Positions 28,930-40,500 of a stretch of 64,000 bases of DNA are shown in pieces (within the stretch, counting starts at the first letter, position 1; every line of letters starts with the position of its first letter). A program made the translations under genes and the position numbers. The DNA is taken from contig OX597819.1 in the NCBI GenBank assembly GCA_951406725.2, positions 105,834,001-105,898,000 on the forward strand, read 5' to 3'. The notes beneath the pieces were generated by a model. It made no database searches. It worked only from the letters and a program-made list of their open reading frames with translations, and was not told the DNA's origin. Source of the DNA: Octopus vulgaris. Lineage: Eukaryota.

Positions 28930-29932
28930 AACACACACGTGTTGAAATAATTCACTATCCAGCAGAGTTTTTAAATTCCCTCGATCACCACACTATTGCA
29001 GTTAACAAAAGTCCTCAATAATGTCGAAGCGAAATTTAGTTAAGCTATGGCTATGCAATGGCACAAGAATAATAGTTAAGAAGCTTATGTCACCAAAGAA
29101 GGGGATAAAATTGTATTCAGGATTCCATATGAGCCAACAAATGTAGCCTTTTCATTTAAAAGGCTTCATTTTCCAATACGCCTAAGCTTTGACATGTCAA
29201 TCAATATATCCCAAGGGAAAACAGTATTAGTTGCTGTATTACATGCATCCTTAAGATTTCAGTATTGCTCAAGGCCGGCTTTATGTAGGATGCTCAAAAA
29301 CTGGAAGACTTCAATGATTTCTATTGGTAAAAACAAAATCATTATACATCCCGAAGCGCTGAAATGAGTGCTCAGAATTTCCAGACTATCATACAAAGTG
29401 GGGTTAATCACAGTTATTAATATTATTTCTTTATTGACGTATGTAAGGTGGTATTGATATTTGGATGTGTGGCTTTCCTCTCAGCACTTTAGATTCATGT
29501 TATAAGAATGATTCTATTTCAACTCCGGTTTTTTTTATCAATTTTTCAAATTATCTGAAGTAGTTATGAATTTGAGTAACGGAAGAAATTTTAATATGAT
29601 AAAGAAATTCTAACATGATAAGATATTCTAATATGATAAAACTGTCTTTATTTGATTTACCCCATATTCTTATCTGATACATTTGAATTAGCTCTATCTA
29701 CACAATTACATTACAAAATACTCTATTAATATTCAGTTTGAATATGTTGCACATTGCATTAGAGTACGTGTGCTACAAACATAAAACAATAAAATTCATT
29801 TCTTGTTTGAAAGCTGCTTTTAAAAAGAAATACAATAGAAATGTATAATACATTAAATGCCTGCATTATGAACACTGTCGGGGACCCTCAAAGTATACTT
29901 ATCCACCCGAGAAACGCCGGATATTCTCCTAG
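28930..29932 (+). mobile_element. Helitron 3' fragment with Pif1-like helicase C-terminus
   Basis: Hand translation gives YPAEFLNSLD, LCNGTRIIVKKL, RIPYEPTNVAFSFKRLHFPIRLSFDMSINISQGKT, QGRLYVGCSKTG and TKIIIHPEAL; 3' hairpin CCCGAGAAACGCCGG, then CTAG at 29929-29932. Confidence 0.88.
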
Positions 29933-30319
29933 CATACAAACTACTATGTATTCATATATAGACATACACATGTATATGCATAAGAACAAATAAGTAAAGA
30001 TACACACATACACATACTCACACACACACACATATATATAGACATATACATACACAATTATAGAGATACATTTATGAGTATACCTTTGTTATTCTATCTA
30101 TCTATCTATCTATCTATCGTATGAATGACGAAGCCACCTTGAGCATAATCCTATGAACCCAGAAATTGAAAACAGAGGGTTACCCACTTGCAAACAAATG
30201 TGGTAACATATAACAATATTGACCAAGGTTACCGTGGTCTTTTTCGTAGGCTTTTCTTCCCACGGATAAACCTTACTTGCTTTCCCCTTTACACCATATA
30301 TCATAACACTGTGATACAC

Positions 30320-30622
30320 GATCCCTATTGATCGTTCTTTTTTTTTCCTCTTCCCCTTTTTTTCCCTTTTTTTCTTCTTTTTTCATTTCTCTTTCCTTTT
30401 GTTCCTTTTCCTTTTCTTTTTTTTCTTTTTATTCTTTTTATTTTATTCATTTTTTGTTTTTGTTTTTGTTCTTTTCTTCCCTTTTACGATCCCTCTTGAT
30501 CGAAAACCTACGCCACCCCCTTTTTTTTCTTTTGTTTTTTGTTCTCTTCATCCCCCAAAAGAAAAGCTCTACCTTGTAACTTGTCCCATCTGTGTGCAGC
30601 CCTGTGTTATCCAATAAAGAAA
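30320..30622 (+). mobile_element. Probable LINE 3' UTR fragment
   Basis: T-rich tract, then ...GCAGCCCTGTGTTATCCAATAAAGAAAC ending directly in (TATC)n. Confidence 0.4.
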
Positions 30623-30693
<71 letters not shown>

Positions 30694-30696
30694 ATT

Positions 30697-31550
30697 AAGG
30701 CGTTCCGGCTAAATGACAGTTTGCATAAAGGGTTAAAGAAAACACAATATCCCACCCCAAAAGAAAAAAATGTATTTTTAAAAAATCAAACAATATTACC
30801 AACGTTTTGGTTGACAGATAACAGTTTACTCAAAGTAGCCGCCCTCAAAACAACTCTGGAACCTGAGGCATTCATTCTTCACATTTTCCCTCGGAAGATC
30901 TTCAAACACTTTGATCTTGGCCATCAGCTCGGCATTGGTGCTACAGATATAGTGATAGATGTCCTTCTCAACGGCACTCCACACATAGTAATCCATGGGA
31001 TTACAATCGCGGAACTAGGAACCCAGAAATTGGGACTGGTGAAGCCGCAAAATTCCTCCGACAACCCATTCTAACGCTTTCTAGAGTATGGCAAAGAGCT
31101 GGATCCTGCTATAATACAGAAGCAACTTTCCTCATCTAAGGATTGACTTCAGACTCCAACAGCCCACTGAATTGAGTCTCGGGCCCTCAAAGATGTGGGG
31201 AAGAATGCTGACGTGCGGACGCAGTTAGAACACTTGCTCTGTGTCTTCCTGCTGGTCACGGCATCGTCGTTTCAATTGCAACAGTCCATGTTACTCCTTA
31301 CAGCATTTACTGTGTACACAGAGCATTGAACACGAGTCATGATGTCTGAAATTTTGATATCCGGTGCGAATCAACATGATACAGTTAAATATCTTTCAAT
31401 ATTGCGGTGGCTTCCAGTCCTCCATGTCAGCGAAGTTTTTTCAACTACAACGTTGATATTTATGCTCTCCAACGCGGTTGGCTGTTCACCAATATCTCAA
31501 GCTGTTCTTGGAAAAGGAGACAAATCGTGATATTTAGCCCGAAAACCCTG
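30697..31550 (-). mobile_element. Internally deleted Tc1/mariner-superfamily element (maT/DD37D-like)
   Basis: Imperfect TIRs AAGGCGTTCCGGCTAAAT / ATTTAGCCCGAAAACCCTG; minus-strand relics FWVPSS-DCNPMDYYVWSAVEKD and a CLRFQS..EGGY-like C-terminus. Confidence 0.7.
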
Positions 31551-32684
31551 TGCGTGGGCGCACACACACATAAATGCAAGTATGCATGTATGTATATATG
31601 TATTTATTCATATATACATATATATTTCTAATTCTCTATGTGTATGTATGTCTATAAAGACACATGCGCACACATAGACACACATGTATATGTTTATGGG
31701 GAGATATAGAAATACAACACTTAAAACCGTCTGGTGCATGTATAGTAATAATATTAATAAAAATGACTATCGAAGTTCCTAATATATGGATCTGATATAA
31801 TGAAATTAGCTAATAGGTTTAACAGAAATCCTGTTGAAGGATCAATTCATTCGATCTATTTGTTTAGTGGAATCGAGGATAGAAATTCATTATACATTAT
31901 ATTGCCAATATAGAGAATTCACCCTTGTTAATATAATATGGTCAAAACAGCGAACGTATATCAATTCAACAGATCAAACACACTTGAGAAATTGAAAATA
32001 TTTATCACAGCAGCAATTCTTCTGATAAAGACTCGCTGCATTGTCTACATACATGTACAAAGGAATATTCAACCTGTGTTATTTGAAAATCGCACAAGAA
32101 AGTTCTTTGAAAATTGTTCTTTTCTTTTTGTTGGATTCAATGTGTGGCTGCTAAAATAAATATCAGTTGAACACTGGAACGGTGATATTGTTGACTTACC
32201 CTTCCTCTCGAATATGCTAGCCAAGTGCTAAAATTTGAAGGGATTATATTCAGTCTGAATGAACGCGGACTATGGGAGAAACGAAGTACCGAGTGATTCT
32301 GTTAGTAACATAGCCAAAGATTGTTTTCGACCTAAATGCAAATTTAAGTCAGGTCAAACTTTTACCATAGAAATATGACTTCACCTCTGCTTTGAAGATT
32401 TTACTTACCTAATCTATGTTCTTATAATTTTGTGTTTTTTTAGTTGTACTTGTTATGTAGTTGAAAAGTGTAACTACATTGGTCAAACCCGGTATCTGAA
32501 TAAATTGTTTTGCAATTGTTTATAAATCAAATAATGTATATTAGTTGAAACAAATTGTTGGCATTTTTGTTTTTAATATTTTTTGATATTAATATTATAT
32601 TCATAGTATATTATGTTATAATATAAATAAATAGTTAGATTATCAATTGAATCTCTCTATTTAATTTATATATATATACATATA

Positions 32685-32896
32685 CTCTTTTACTCTTTTA
32701 ATTGTTTCAGTCATTTGACTGCGGCCATGCTAGAGCACCACCTTTAGTCGAGCAAATCGACCCCAGGACTTATTCTTTGTAAACCTAGTACTTATTCTAT
32801 CGGTCTCTTTTGCCGAACCGCTAAGTGACGAGGACGTAAATACACCACCATCGGTTGTCAAACGATGTTGGAGGGACAAACACAAACACACAAACT

Positions 32897-32928
<32 letters not shown>

Positions 32929-33098
32929 CATATATACGACGGGCTTCTTTCAGTTTCCGTCTACCAAATCCACTCACAAAGCTTTGGTCGGCCCGAGGCT
33001 ATAGTAGAAGACACTTGCCCAAGGTGCCACGCAGTGGGACTGAACCCGGAACCATGTGGTTGGTTAGCAAGCTATTTACCACACAGCCACTCCTGCGC
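32685..33098 (-). mobile_element. SINE family A, full length
   Basis: Minus-strand head AGGCGCAGGAGTGGCTGTGTGG...GGTTCAGTCCC (A/B boxes), internal microsatellite, (AAAAGAGT)n tail. Confidence 0.88.
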
Positions 33099-34184
33099 CT
33101 GATACATATACACGGACATTCAACTCCCACATACCCCATCTCACCCTCCCACCCCACTCTCACATACCGCACCACATCACACTACCCCGCACACACAAGC
33201 ACCGACCACTTCCCAGCACCCACAACATCATCCACACGCCAACACATGCACACACGTCAAGGTTACCAGCCCCTAACCACACGCACATTCACGCACTCAC
33301 ATACAACGCACGCGTAGATATAAACCCTAAATACCAAATATTCCCTCTCTATCAATGCACTGGAAACACTTAAACTCAATTCCGTCTAAATAAGGAAAAC
33401 ATACTGATAAAAAATTTAAACCATAGCTGAATATCCTTTAAAAAGAAGAAAAAGAGTAAAAAGAAAAAAAAGACTAAAAAACGAACAACCAGGAACAACA
33501 AAAATTTTTTCTGAAAACTATTTTACAATTTCACACTTGTTTTTCCGATGACTTGTCGACCACCACCATAAAATTAATGAACTTTGTACATTCACCCACC
33601 TCCAGTCCAATGAAATTGATATACAGGTTTAATTTTGATTCAAGCGTAGAGTAGCCAATGAAATATCCAAAGATCAGCGAATACAACGAAATGACCCTTT
33701 AAGAGAACCAACCAACCGGAAGAGCTTATGACCGTATCCACAAAGAAACCAACCAAGCAGAACGACAAGCTTGACCACGGAAAAAAATAAGTCACCAGAA
33801 TTTTGACGAATCAAAAATCAGATCCGCTCCCGGAAAACAAAATTATAAATTCATCTGATCCCAAAGCATACCACTACAAGCGAAAGCATCTATTAGAAGA
33901 GGATAAAAAAACTGTAAACCAAATTCCCATTCTTTTACTATTTTCATTTCACACTTGTTTTTCTCAGTATGACTTGTCGACCACCATCAAAATTAATGAA
34001 CTTTGTACATTCAAACAAATTGATATACAGGTTTAATTTTATTCAAGAGTAGAGTAGCCGGAGGGTAAATATCCAAACGAATCCGTAAATGGTAGATAAA
34101 GAGTAGATAAAGAGTCCAGTGGAGAAGTTCGTAGTGGTAAGAAATGACAGGATCAACATGTGCGACCACGTGAGCGTGTAATAT

Positions 34185-34380
34185 ATATGGGGAGAGTTAA
34201 CGAAAAAAAGAAACAAACAAAAGACGAAGACAGGTGGTGTACAAAACAAACAGATGTATTAGTATAACGCTCAGGAATAGAAAAATATTTTACGTTTCGA
34301 GCCTACGTTCTTCTACAGAAAGGGCCACAGAAAACAAGGAGAGAAACAAGGAGAGAAAAAATGTGTAGTGGCTAACGATT
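34185..34380 (-). mobile_element. PLE pseudo-LTR (family P1) with variant hammerhead at 34287-34322
   Basis: Minus strand: CTTT-CTGTAGA-A-GAACGTAGGCTC-GAAAC-GTA-AAAT; homologous to 36500-36692. Confidence 0.75.
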
Positions 34381-34648
34381 GACTGCTATGAGCATTCAAA
34401 CTTACGCTTTCTGTTTTGAACATGTTAATTTATCAACATTAAAACATTTTAATTTGTCAAAATTGAAACATTTTAGTTTGTCAACATTGAAATTTTTAAA
34501 GATGCTTTTTTCTAATTTTAAAATTTAACTATTGATAAACAAAAAAATGTTGTTGAAATTAGCTTTGTATATATGTAAATAAGTGTATTTTAAACTTTAC
34601 GCGTTTTTGAAACTTAGGTGCATTTTCAACAACACATTTTTCTATATA

Positions 34649-34706
<58 letters not shown>

Positions 34707-35067
34707 TTATATAGATATATCTGATCTGTATAGATATACAAATTTAAAATTTAAAATAGGATAAAATAGATATACATACATACATACATACATACATACA
34801 TAATACATATACATACATATATGTATATATCCATATATACATATATATATATATATATAATGTGAAATAGAAAGATGAATAATCTTGTAGTAGATTAATC
34901 AAAAGTTTAACCGATACCTTAGTAGCAAAAATCACAGCAGTAAACAGCACGGTTGGAGGTACAACCATATGGTGTTGCAACCGTGCGTTGGTGCGGATAA
35001 TTGAAATTAAAACATTATTGGTGAATTGAAGAAATGGAGCTGAACGCAGATTGAACAGAAATCGTTT

Positions 35068-35161
35068 TATTTCATTCTACACGTGTTTCGAAAGGCACAA
35101 ATTACCAAAATCCGATTGAATAATGGGACCATATTGTGTCTTTCTCTTCAGGAAGAAAATA
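35068..35161 (-). ncRNA. Type I hammerhead ribozyme (inverted pseudo-LTR copy)
   Basis: Reverse complement of 36321-36414. Confidence 0.82.
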
Positions 35162-35312
35162 GGAAATCCGTTGGAAAAACAAAAACAGAACAGAGGCGGA
35201 GCAAAAACAAATCGAACTATGCTCCTAAGAGCCCATGGCGAAACTGTTTATCAGTGTATGTTGAGAACCGGTGGCTGAAGAATTTAACGGGTCAGGCATC
35301 GGTCAATCATGT

Positions 35313-35733
35313 TTCTGAAACTAATCCTAGCAGAATAAGATTCACGTCGGCGAACTCCAAGATCAAAAACGCCGTCTACCAATGCAAGGTTTACACGGAC
35401 TCAGATGTCTTCACTTATGTAGGGGCCTCATCCTCAAGATTGTCTTTGCGTGTCTCCAACCATTACGCAACTTTTCGGGACATGAACAAGCGCCAGACCA
35501 CGGGACTCAGTAAGCTAATATGGCGACTGAAGGATACGAACTTAAGCTACAGGCTGGAATGGTCAATTTTGTCGGTGGCCCTCCCATTTGATAGGGGCAG
35601 AAGGCAGTGCAACCTTTGTGTCTCCGAACTCTTCCATATTTTGTTTGCCAGAGGCCGGATGGTAAACGGGCTTTTACAGTCGGCTTTTCGATGCCCCCAT
35701 TGGCGGCGTTACACTTATCTGGCTTTTAAATAG
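35313..35733 (+). pseudogene. GIY-YIG endonuclease domain of a PLE (5'-truncated)
   Basis: NAVYQCKV...TYVGASSSRLSLRVSNH...TGLSKLIWRLK...WSIL...CNLCVSE...RCPH. Confidence 0.85.
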
Positions 35734-36320
35734 CGTTTATAAATAATACCGGCACCCATAGCCCTTGGTAACAAATTCTGAAATAGCCTTTAAGATATCT
35801 ACGATTAACCACTGCAAGGGGAATTACTCCTGTAAGACAAACGGGGCTTGGTTTTTTCACAGCGGGGGGCTTCCTTGACAAGGCAGGCTTAGATGAACAC
35901 ACACACACATAAAACATAATATACATATATTTTTTTTCTGCCACCCAACGGTTCTCGCGGCAGTAGCCACTGACAGCCGAACGATCAAACGCACACACGT
36001 ACACAAAAAATGTTTTCTACCCCTACGCCAACACACACATATATAGAACAGTATACACACACACACGTCTCTAAGTAGATTTTTTCTCGCCCCTTATAAA
36101 ACATCCAATATTCCTTAAATAGTCAGAACTTTATTCTCGGTCACAAAGAACACCCACACACCCTCACCCACATGATTGACCGATGCCTGACCCGTTAAAT
36201 TCTTCAGCCACCGGTTCTCAACATACACTGATAAACAGTTTCGCCATGGGCTCTTAGGAGCATAGTTCGATTTGTTTTTGCTCCGCCTCTGTTCTGTTTT
36301 TGTTTTTCCAACGGATTTCC

Positions 36321-36414
36321 TATTTTCTTCCTGAAGAGAAAGACACAATATGGTCCCATTATTCAATCGGATTTTGGTAATTTGTGCCTTTCGAAACACG
36401 TGTAGAATGAAATA
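36321..36414 (+). ncRNA. Type I hammerhead ribozyme with long stem II
   Basis: TATTTTCTTC-CTGAAGA-GAAAGACACAA...TTGTGCCTTTC-GAAA-CACGTG-TA-GAATGAAATA: stem I 9/10 pairs, stem II 10/11 pairs, palindromic ACACGTGT stem III, GUA cleavage triplet. Confidence 0.85.
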
Positions 36415-36465
36415 AAACGATTTCTGTTCAATCTGCGTTCAGCTCCATTTATTCAATTCACCAAT

Positions 36466-36497
<32 letters not shown>

Positions 36498-36499
36498 CA

Positions 36500-36692
36500 G
36501 ACGCCATGATAGATCGCTAGCTACTACACGCATTTTTTCTCTCCTTGTTTTTTTTCTGTGTATGATTCTGTGGAAGAGCGTAGTCTCGAAACGTAAAAGA
36601 CTTTTTCTATTCCTGAGCGCTATACTAATACATTTGTTTGTTTGTACACCACCTGCCTTCGTCTTTTGTTTATTTTCGTAAACTTTCCCTTT
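36500..36692 (+). mobile_element. PLE pseudo-LTR (family P1) with variant hammerhead at 36565-36599
   Basis: TT-CTGTGGA-A-GAGCGTAGTCTC-GAAAC-GTA-AAAG; flanked by (TA)n on both sides. Confidence 0.75.
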
Positions 36693-36808
36693 ATATATAT
36701 ATATATATATACATATATATACATATACATATATATACATATACATATATATATACATATACATATATATATACATATACATATATATATATATACATAT
36801 ACATATAC

Positions 36809-36860
<52 letters not shown>

Positions 36861-36909
36861 GTATATATACACACATATATATACATATATATATATATTT
36901 ATATATATG

Positions 36910-36940
<31 letters not shown>

Positions 36941-37839
36941 ATTTACAGGCATCTATATAGTTAAAATAAATATACATGTATACATAGATATATATATATA
37001 CATACATACATACATACATATAAATATATATATATATATATATATAAAAAGTTTTCCATCATTTTTCATTCACATGACATCAACCAGTCCAACGGTTTTT
37101 AATTAAACCCAAAAGTACATGGCTGTCAAATGGAGCTCTTAATATATACAATATTTAATTATATATAAAAATGATTTTTCTTATAACAGTGACCGATAAG
37201 TATTCAAGACTTAGTTTCACTTGATAACTGACCTACAAAATTAAATTACATTCAGTCTAGTTTTTGATTTAGTGAACATAAACGCTAAAAGGAATTATTA
37301 AATCTGCAACCAAAATCAATACCTTTGATTGTTGGAGCAACGAACCCTTATTTGCAACACAACATTCTCTCTTTCTAGTTTTCAGTGGCTTGTAATATTC
37401 TAATACACATTCCTTATTGTCTAGTAGCAGGCTTTGCAAAATTCCTGAGTATATTTCAGAATTAAAAGAAGGGTGAACTTTAACTAGATCCGCAATAACA
37501 AAGCAAAGCTCTGAGCCTGCAGCATGGTTTGGCTTAGCAAAAATCTTTTACTGAGTTGTAGAGTTGACAGTATACAGGAATATTATAAGTAGTGGGCATA
37601 AGAAACGAATTCTTAACAGCTGTGTTTGATTTGGATTTGGAACAGCAACAGATTTATTGACTTCAGCTATTCTCTCTCTCTCTCAACACACACAGACACA
37701 CGCGGACACACGCACTCAGATACATGTTTACACAAGTTTAGGGGGAGATAATTCTCCCAGGAGTAGCCCTGCAGTGGAAGGTCTTCTCATGTTCAAGAGC
37801 ACTTGAATGTGTTGAATATGATTTTACACCAATGTATTT

Positions 37840-38300
37840 CAATCAATGTTGCTTCATGCAATATTATGTATTTAATTCTAGCTTCGCTTACCTTTACGAA
37901 TCCAAGTAGATATTCCGTATACTGTTTCAATGAGACTAATTTAATCTTTATCAGATTGCGAATGTTACTTTGTTCCTATGTTCTACAAATGTTGTTTGCT
38001 GGCGTAGTTGCCTTGCAGGTAAATGATTTCATTCTGGATGTAGATAGTCCCAGTATGATTTCAATCGACCCATATAGCCAACGGCGGGATTTTGTTTCGT
38101 TATTTTGTAGCAGTTAAAATAGATCTGTATTCAATTTATAACTCCAAGGGAAATGAGTTTTGTAATCACAGTTTCTTCTATAACTGCAGGTAGAAACAAT
38201 TTCTTTACTTGTTGAGCTGTTATTTTCGTTCTGTTCCTCGGTTGTGTTGCTGATGTTGTGTCCAGCCATGTTGTTTGTAGTAACTCTCTGCATGTTTAGT
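37840..38300 (-). pseudogene. R4/Dong-like non-LTR retrotransposon N-terminal relic
   Basis: Hand translation: FPWSYKLNTDLF(frameshift)NCYKITKQNPAVGYMGRLKSYWDYLHPE*NHLPARQLRQQ, resembling the W...N..L..CY...GY..R...W....P N-terminal domain of R4/Dong. Confidence 0.5.
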
Positions 38301-38539
38301 TAATGTTTCAGTCGAAATTCACAACGATCGTGAATAAAAAGCTCCCCAAGTTAATTCATCTGAAGATTAACCAGTTATTTAACAAGGCTGATAGTTGTGG
38401 CTCCAAAGTTGGAGATAGTATTCATCGTATTTTCGACAAATAATCTCCCATGCCAAATACACGACTTGTCGTTTCGAGTTCGTGTACGTATGCATGTAAC
38501 TGTGAATGTATGTACTCTGACAGAGTCATCATCATCAAA

Positions 38540-39110
38540 ACCAAGCTGAGAGTCTATAACGCGTGCGTCTAAACTTTTTTATAAATACACTTCTGAGACG
38601 TGAGCTATATATCGGCATCACATGAAAGATTCCATGAAGGCTGTTTTAGGTGGATCTTAAACATTAAATGGCAATCTCTAACATCATTGTTTTTAACGAG
38701 CCAACACATCTAGTAATGAGATGCACCTTATACACAATCAGATGCGGTGGGTTGAGGAAGTTTTTTTTACGGGGGGTTGCAACGTGCACACGTCCATGAC
38801 ATAAATCTAATAAATGTTTTAGGAATTTCGTCAAAAGTAACCTAAAGGTTCTTACTGTGGATTTTAAAGCCTAGGAACCGATGATGGAAAATTGGTCGGT
38901 TACGAAAGAAGTGATCTGCGATGGTTGTAAAGCATTTAAAATACGGAGAATCGAAAACATTATCTTGAAAGGAGCACTTGGCAAACATGGCTTGGCCTCA
39001 ATTCAATGTATGTTTTCGGCTTGAACATATTTATAACATCTGAAATAGAGTCTGTTTTTCCAAATCCGGACTCGCTAGTCATATGAAATCAGATGACGAG
39101 ATTTTCTAAT
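38540..39110 (+). pseudogene. RTE-clade LINE 3' relic
   Basis: Hand translation: RVYNACV, SET*AIYRHHMK, RFHEGCFRWILNIKWQ, RANTSSNEMHLIHNQMRWV and C-terminal SKSGLASHMKS. Confidence 0.7.
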
Positions 39111-40079
39111 TGAAGAGGTGGCCTTCATCTGTAAAGAACTGGCAGTCACCATGTCTATATGTATGCAATCATGCAGAAGTTGTTTCTATATTGAGGGATA
39201 TATTATGTAATACGTTCTTCTTTTTGCTAGTACTGTATGTTGTATTTCATGGCATTTTGGCTGCTATTTCTAGATGATCTCTAGCCATCTTGACTTGCTT
39301 TCATTTCATTAATTCGTGTAGCCCTTTATTTTACTGCTTTCCTTGTGCATTGAAGAAAATGCGTAAACTGTTAAACTAAATAAAAGCTTTATTATACTGA
39401 AGTTATCTGCGTCAAAATCAAATTGATAAATATCGTATATTCTATCGCAATGTGTTAAGTTAATAAAAAAGCGCAATAATAAACGAGTGGTAACATATTT
39501 GATAATATCTACATCTATTCAAATAGGAAAATGTTCCAAAAAGCAGCGAAACACAATCTTACGATAAATCTCTATTAATATTTTGAAATATAGAACTAAT
39601 TTTTATTCGAACTGTGAAAAGCGATCCGACAGATTAAGATGTTTTCTATAGCGTAAAATCCAATTAACTGTTTATTTATTCGCAAATTTTTATGGCCAAT
39701 AACAGAACCATAACATGATACTATCTATTCATGTATTTGTTACAATAAGTGATTTAAATTAGTAGATTGTAACTTATTTCTATGTACATTCAACAAATAG
39801 TATTTTTCCCTCAATACCTATATTTTATGTACATTCTTGGAGCCATTTGATATATTTCCTTGTCTTTTCAAAGTAACTAAGTATTATATTTCAATATCTA
39901 TAGATCAATATAAGAGAGTAGTTTAAAATACATTTACTCATACTAAAACACAAACACATTAATATGCCCATGTACTAAACAAACCACACTAATACATACA
40001 TACATACATGCATGCATACATACATGCACGCATACACACATGCATGCATGCATACATACATACATACATACATACATAA

Positions 40080-40500
40080 GCTAAAAATGCTTGCAACATT
40101 GACTGGAACAACAGTTTCTGGACCTGTGAAAAGTACACGACATCTCACCTTGAAGTCTTCCTTTATTATACAAGAAAAATAGATAGAACAGGAGATAGCT
40201 ACTAAACACCTGAGAAGCAAAAGAGATAAAAATACCTCTAAAGGTTCGCTTTGAGATAGAAATGTCGATTGTGCTAGCGTTCAAAATCGCTGAAACACGC
40301 TACTTTTCCATGAAACATAATATTATTGCATTGAGGGCCTACAACACTATACACAAGAAGTATTGAACTGATGAGCTTATCAAAGTCACCCCAAAACAAG
40401 AAGTATCCACAACTTTAAAAATAAAGAAAGATGGTGGAGCATTAAAAAACCCCAGAAATCTGATGTAAACACAAGTCGCATGGGAGAAGGAGAAAAAAGC
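40080..40500 (+). pseudogene. R4/Dong-like LINE C-terminal relic next to (TACA)n
   Basis: EQEIATKHLRSKRDK and KIAETRYFSMKHNIIA resemble the QEQEI and Y..RHD.VA motifs near the Zn-knuckle/RLE region; heavily degenerate. Confidence 0.45.

Larger units (their letters stand above)
34860..36474 (+). mobile_element. 5'-truncated Penelope-like element (Hydra-clade-like endonuclease) with inverted 5' pseudo-LTR
   Basis: 305-bp near-identical inverted repeats at 35008-35312 and 36170-36474 enclose a GIY-YIG coding fragment and 3' UTR; both outer ends abut (TA)n. Confidence 0.88.

Noticed and set aside
35083-35733. 216-aa ORF as a complete stand-alone GIY-YIG gene
   Set aside because: The first ~77 codons are the antisense pseudo-LTR (also seen as ORF 36115-36399) and start at GTG; it is a chance in-frame fusion at the inversion junction.
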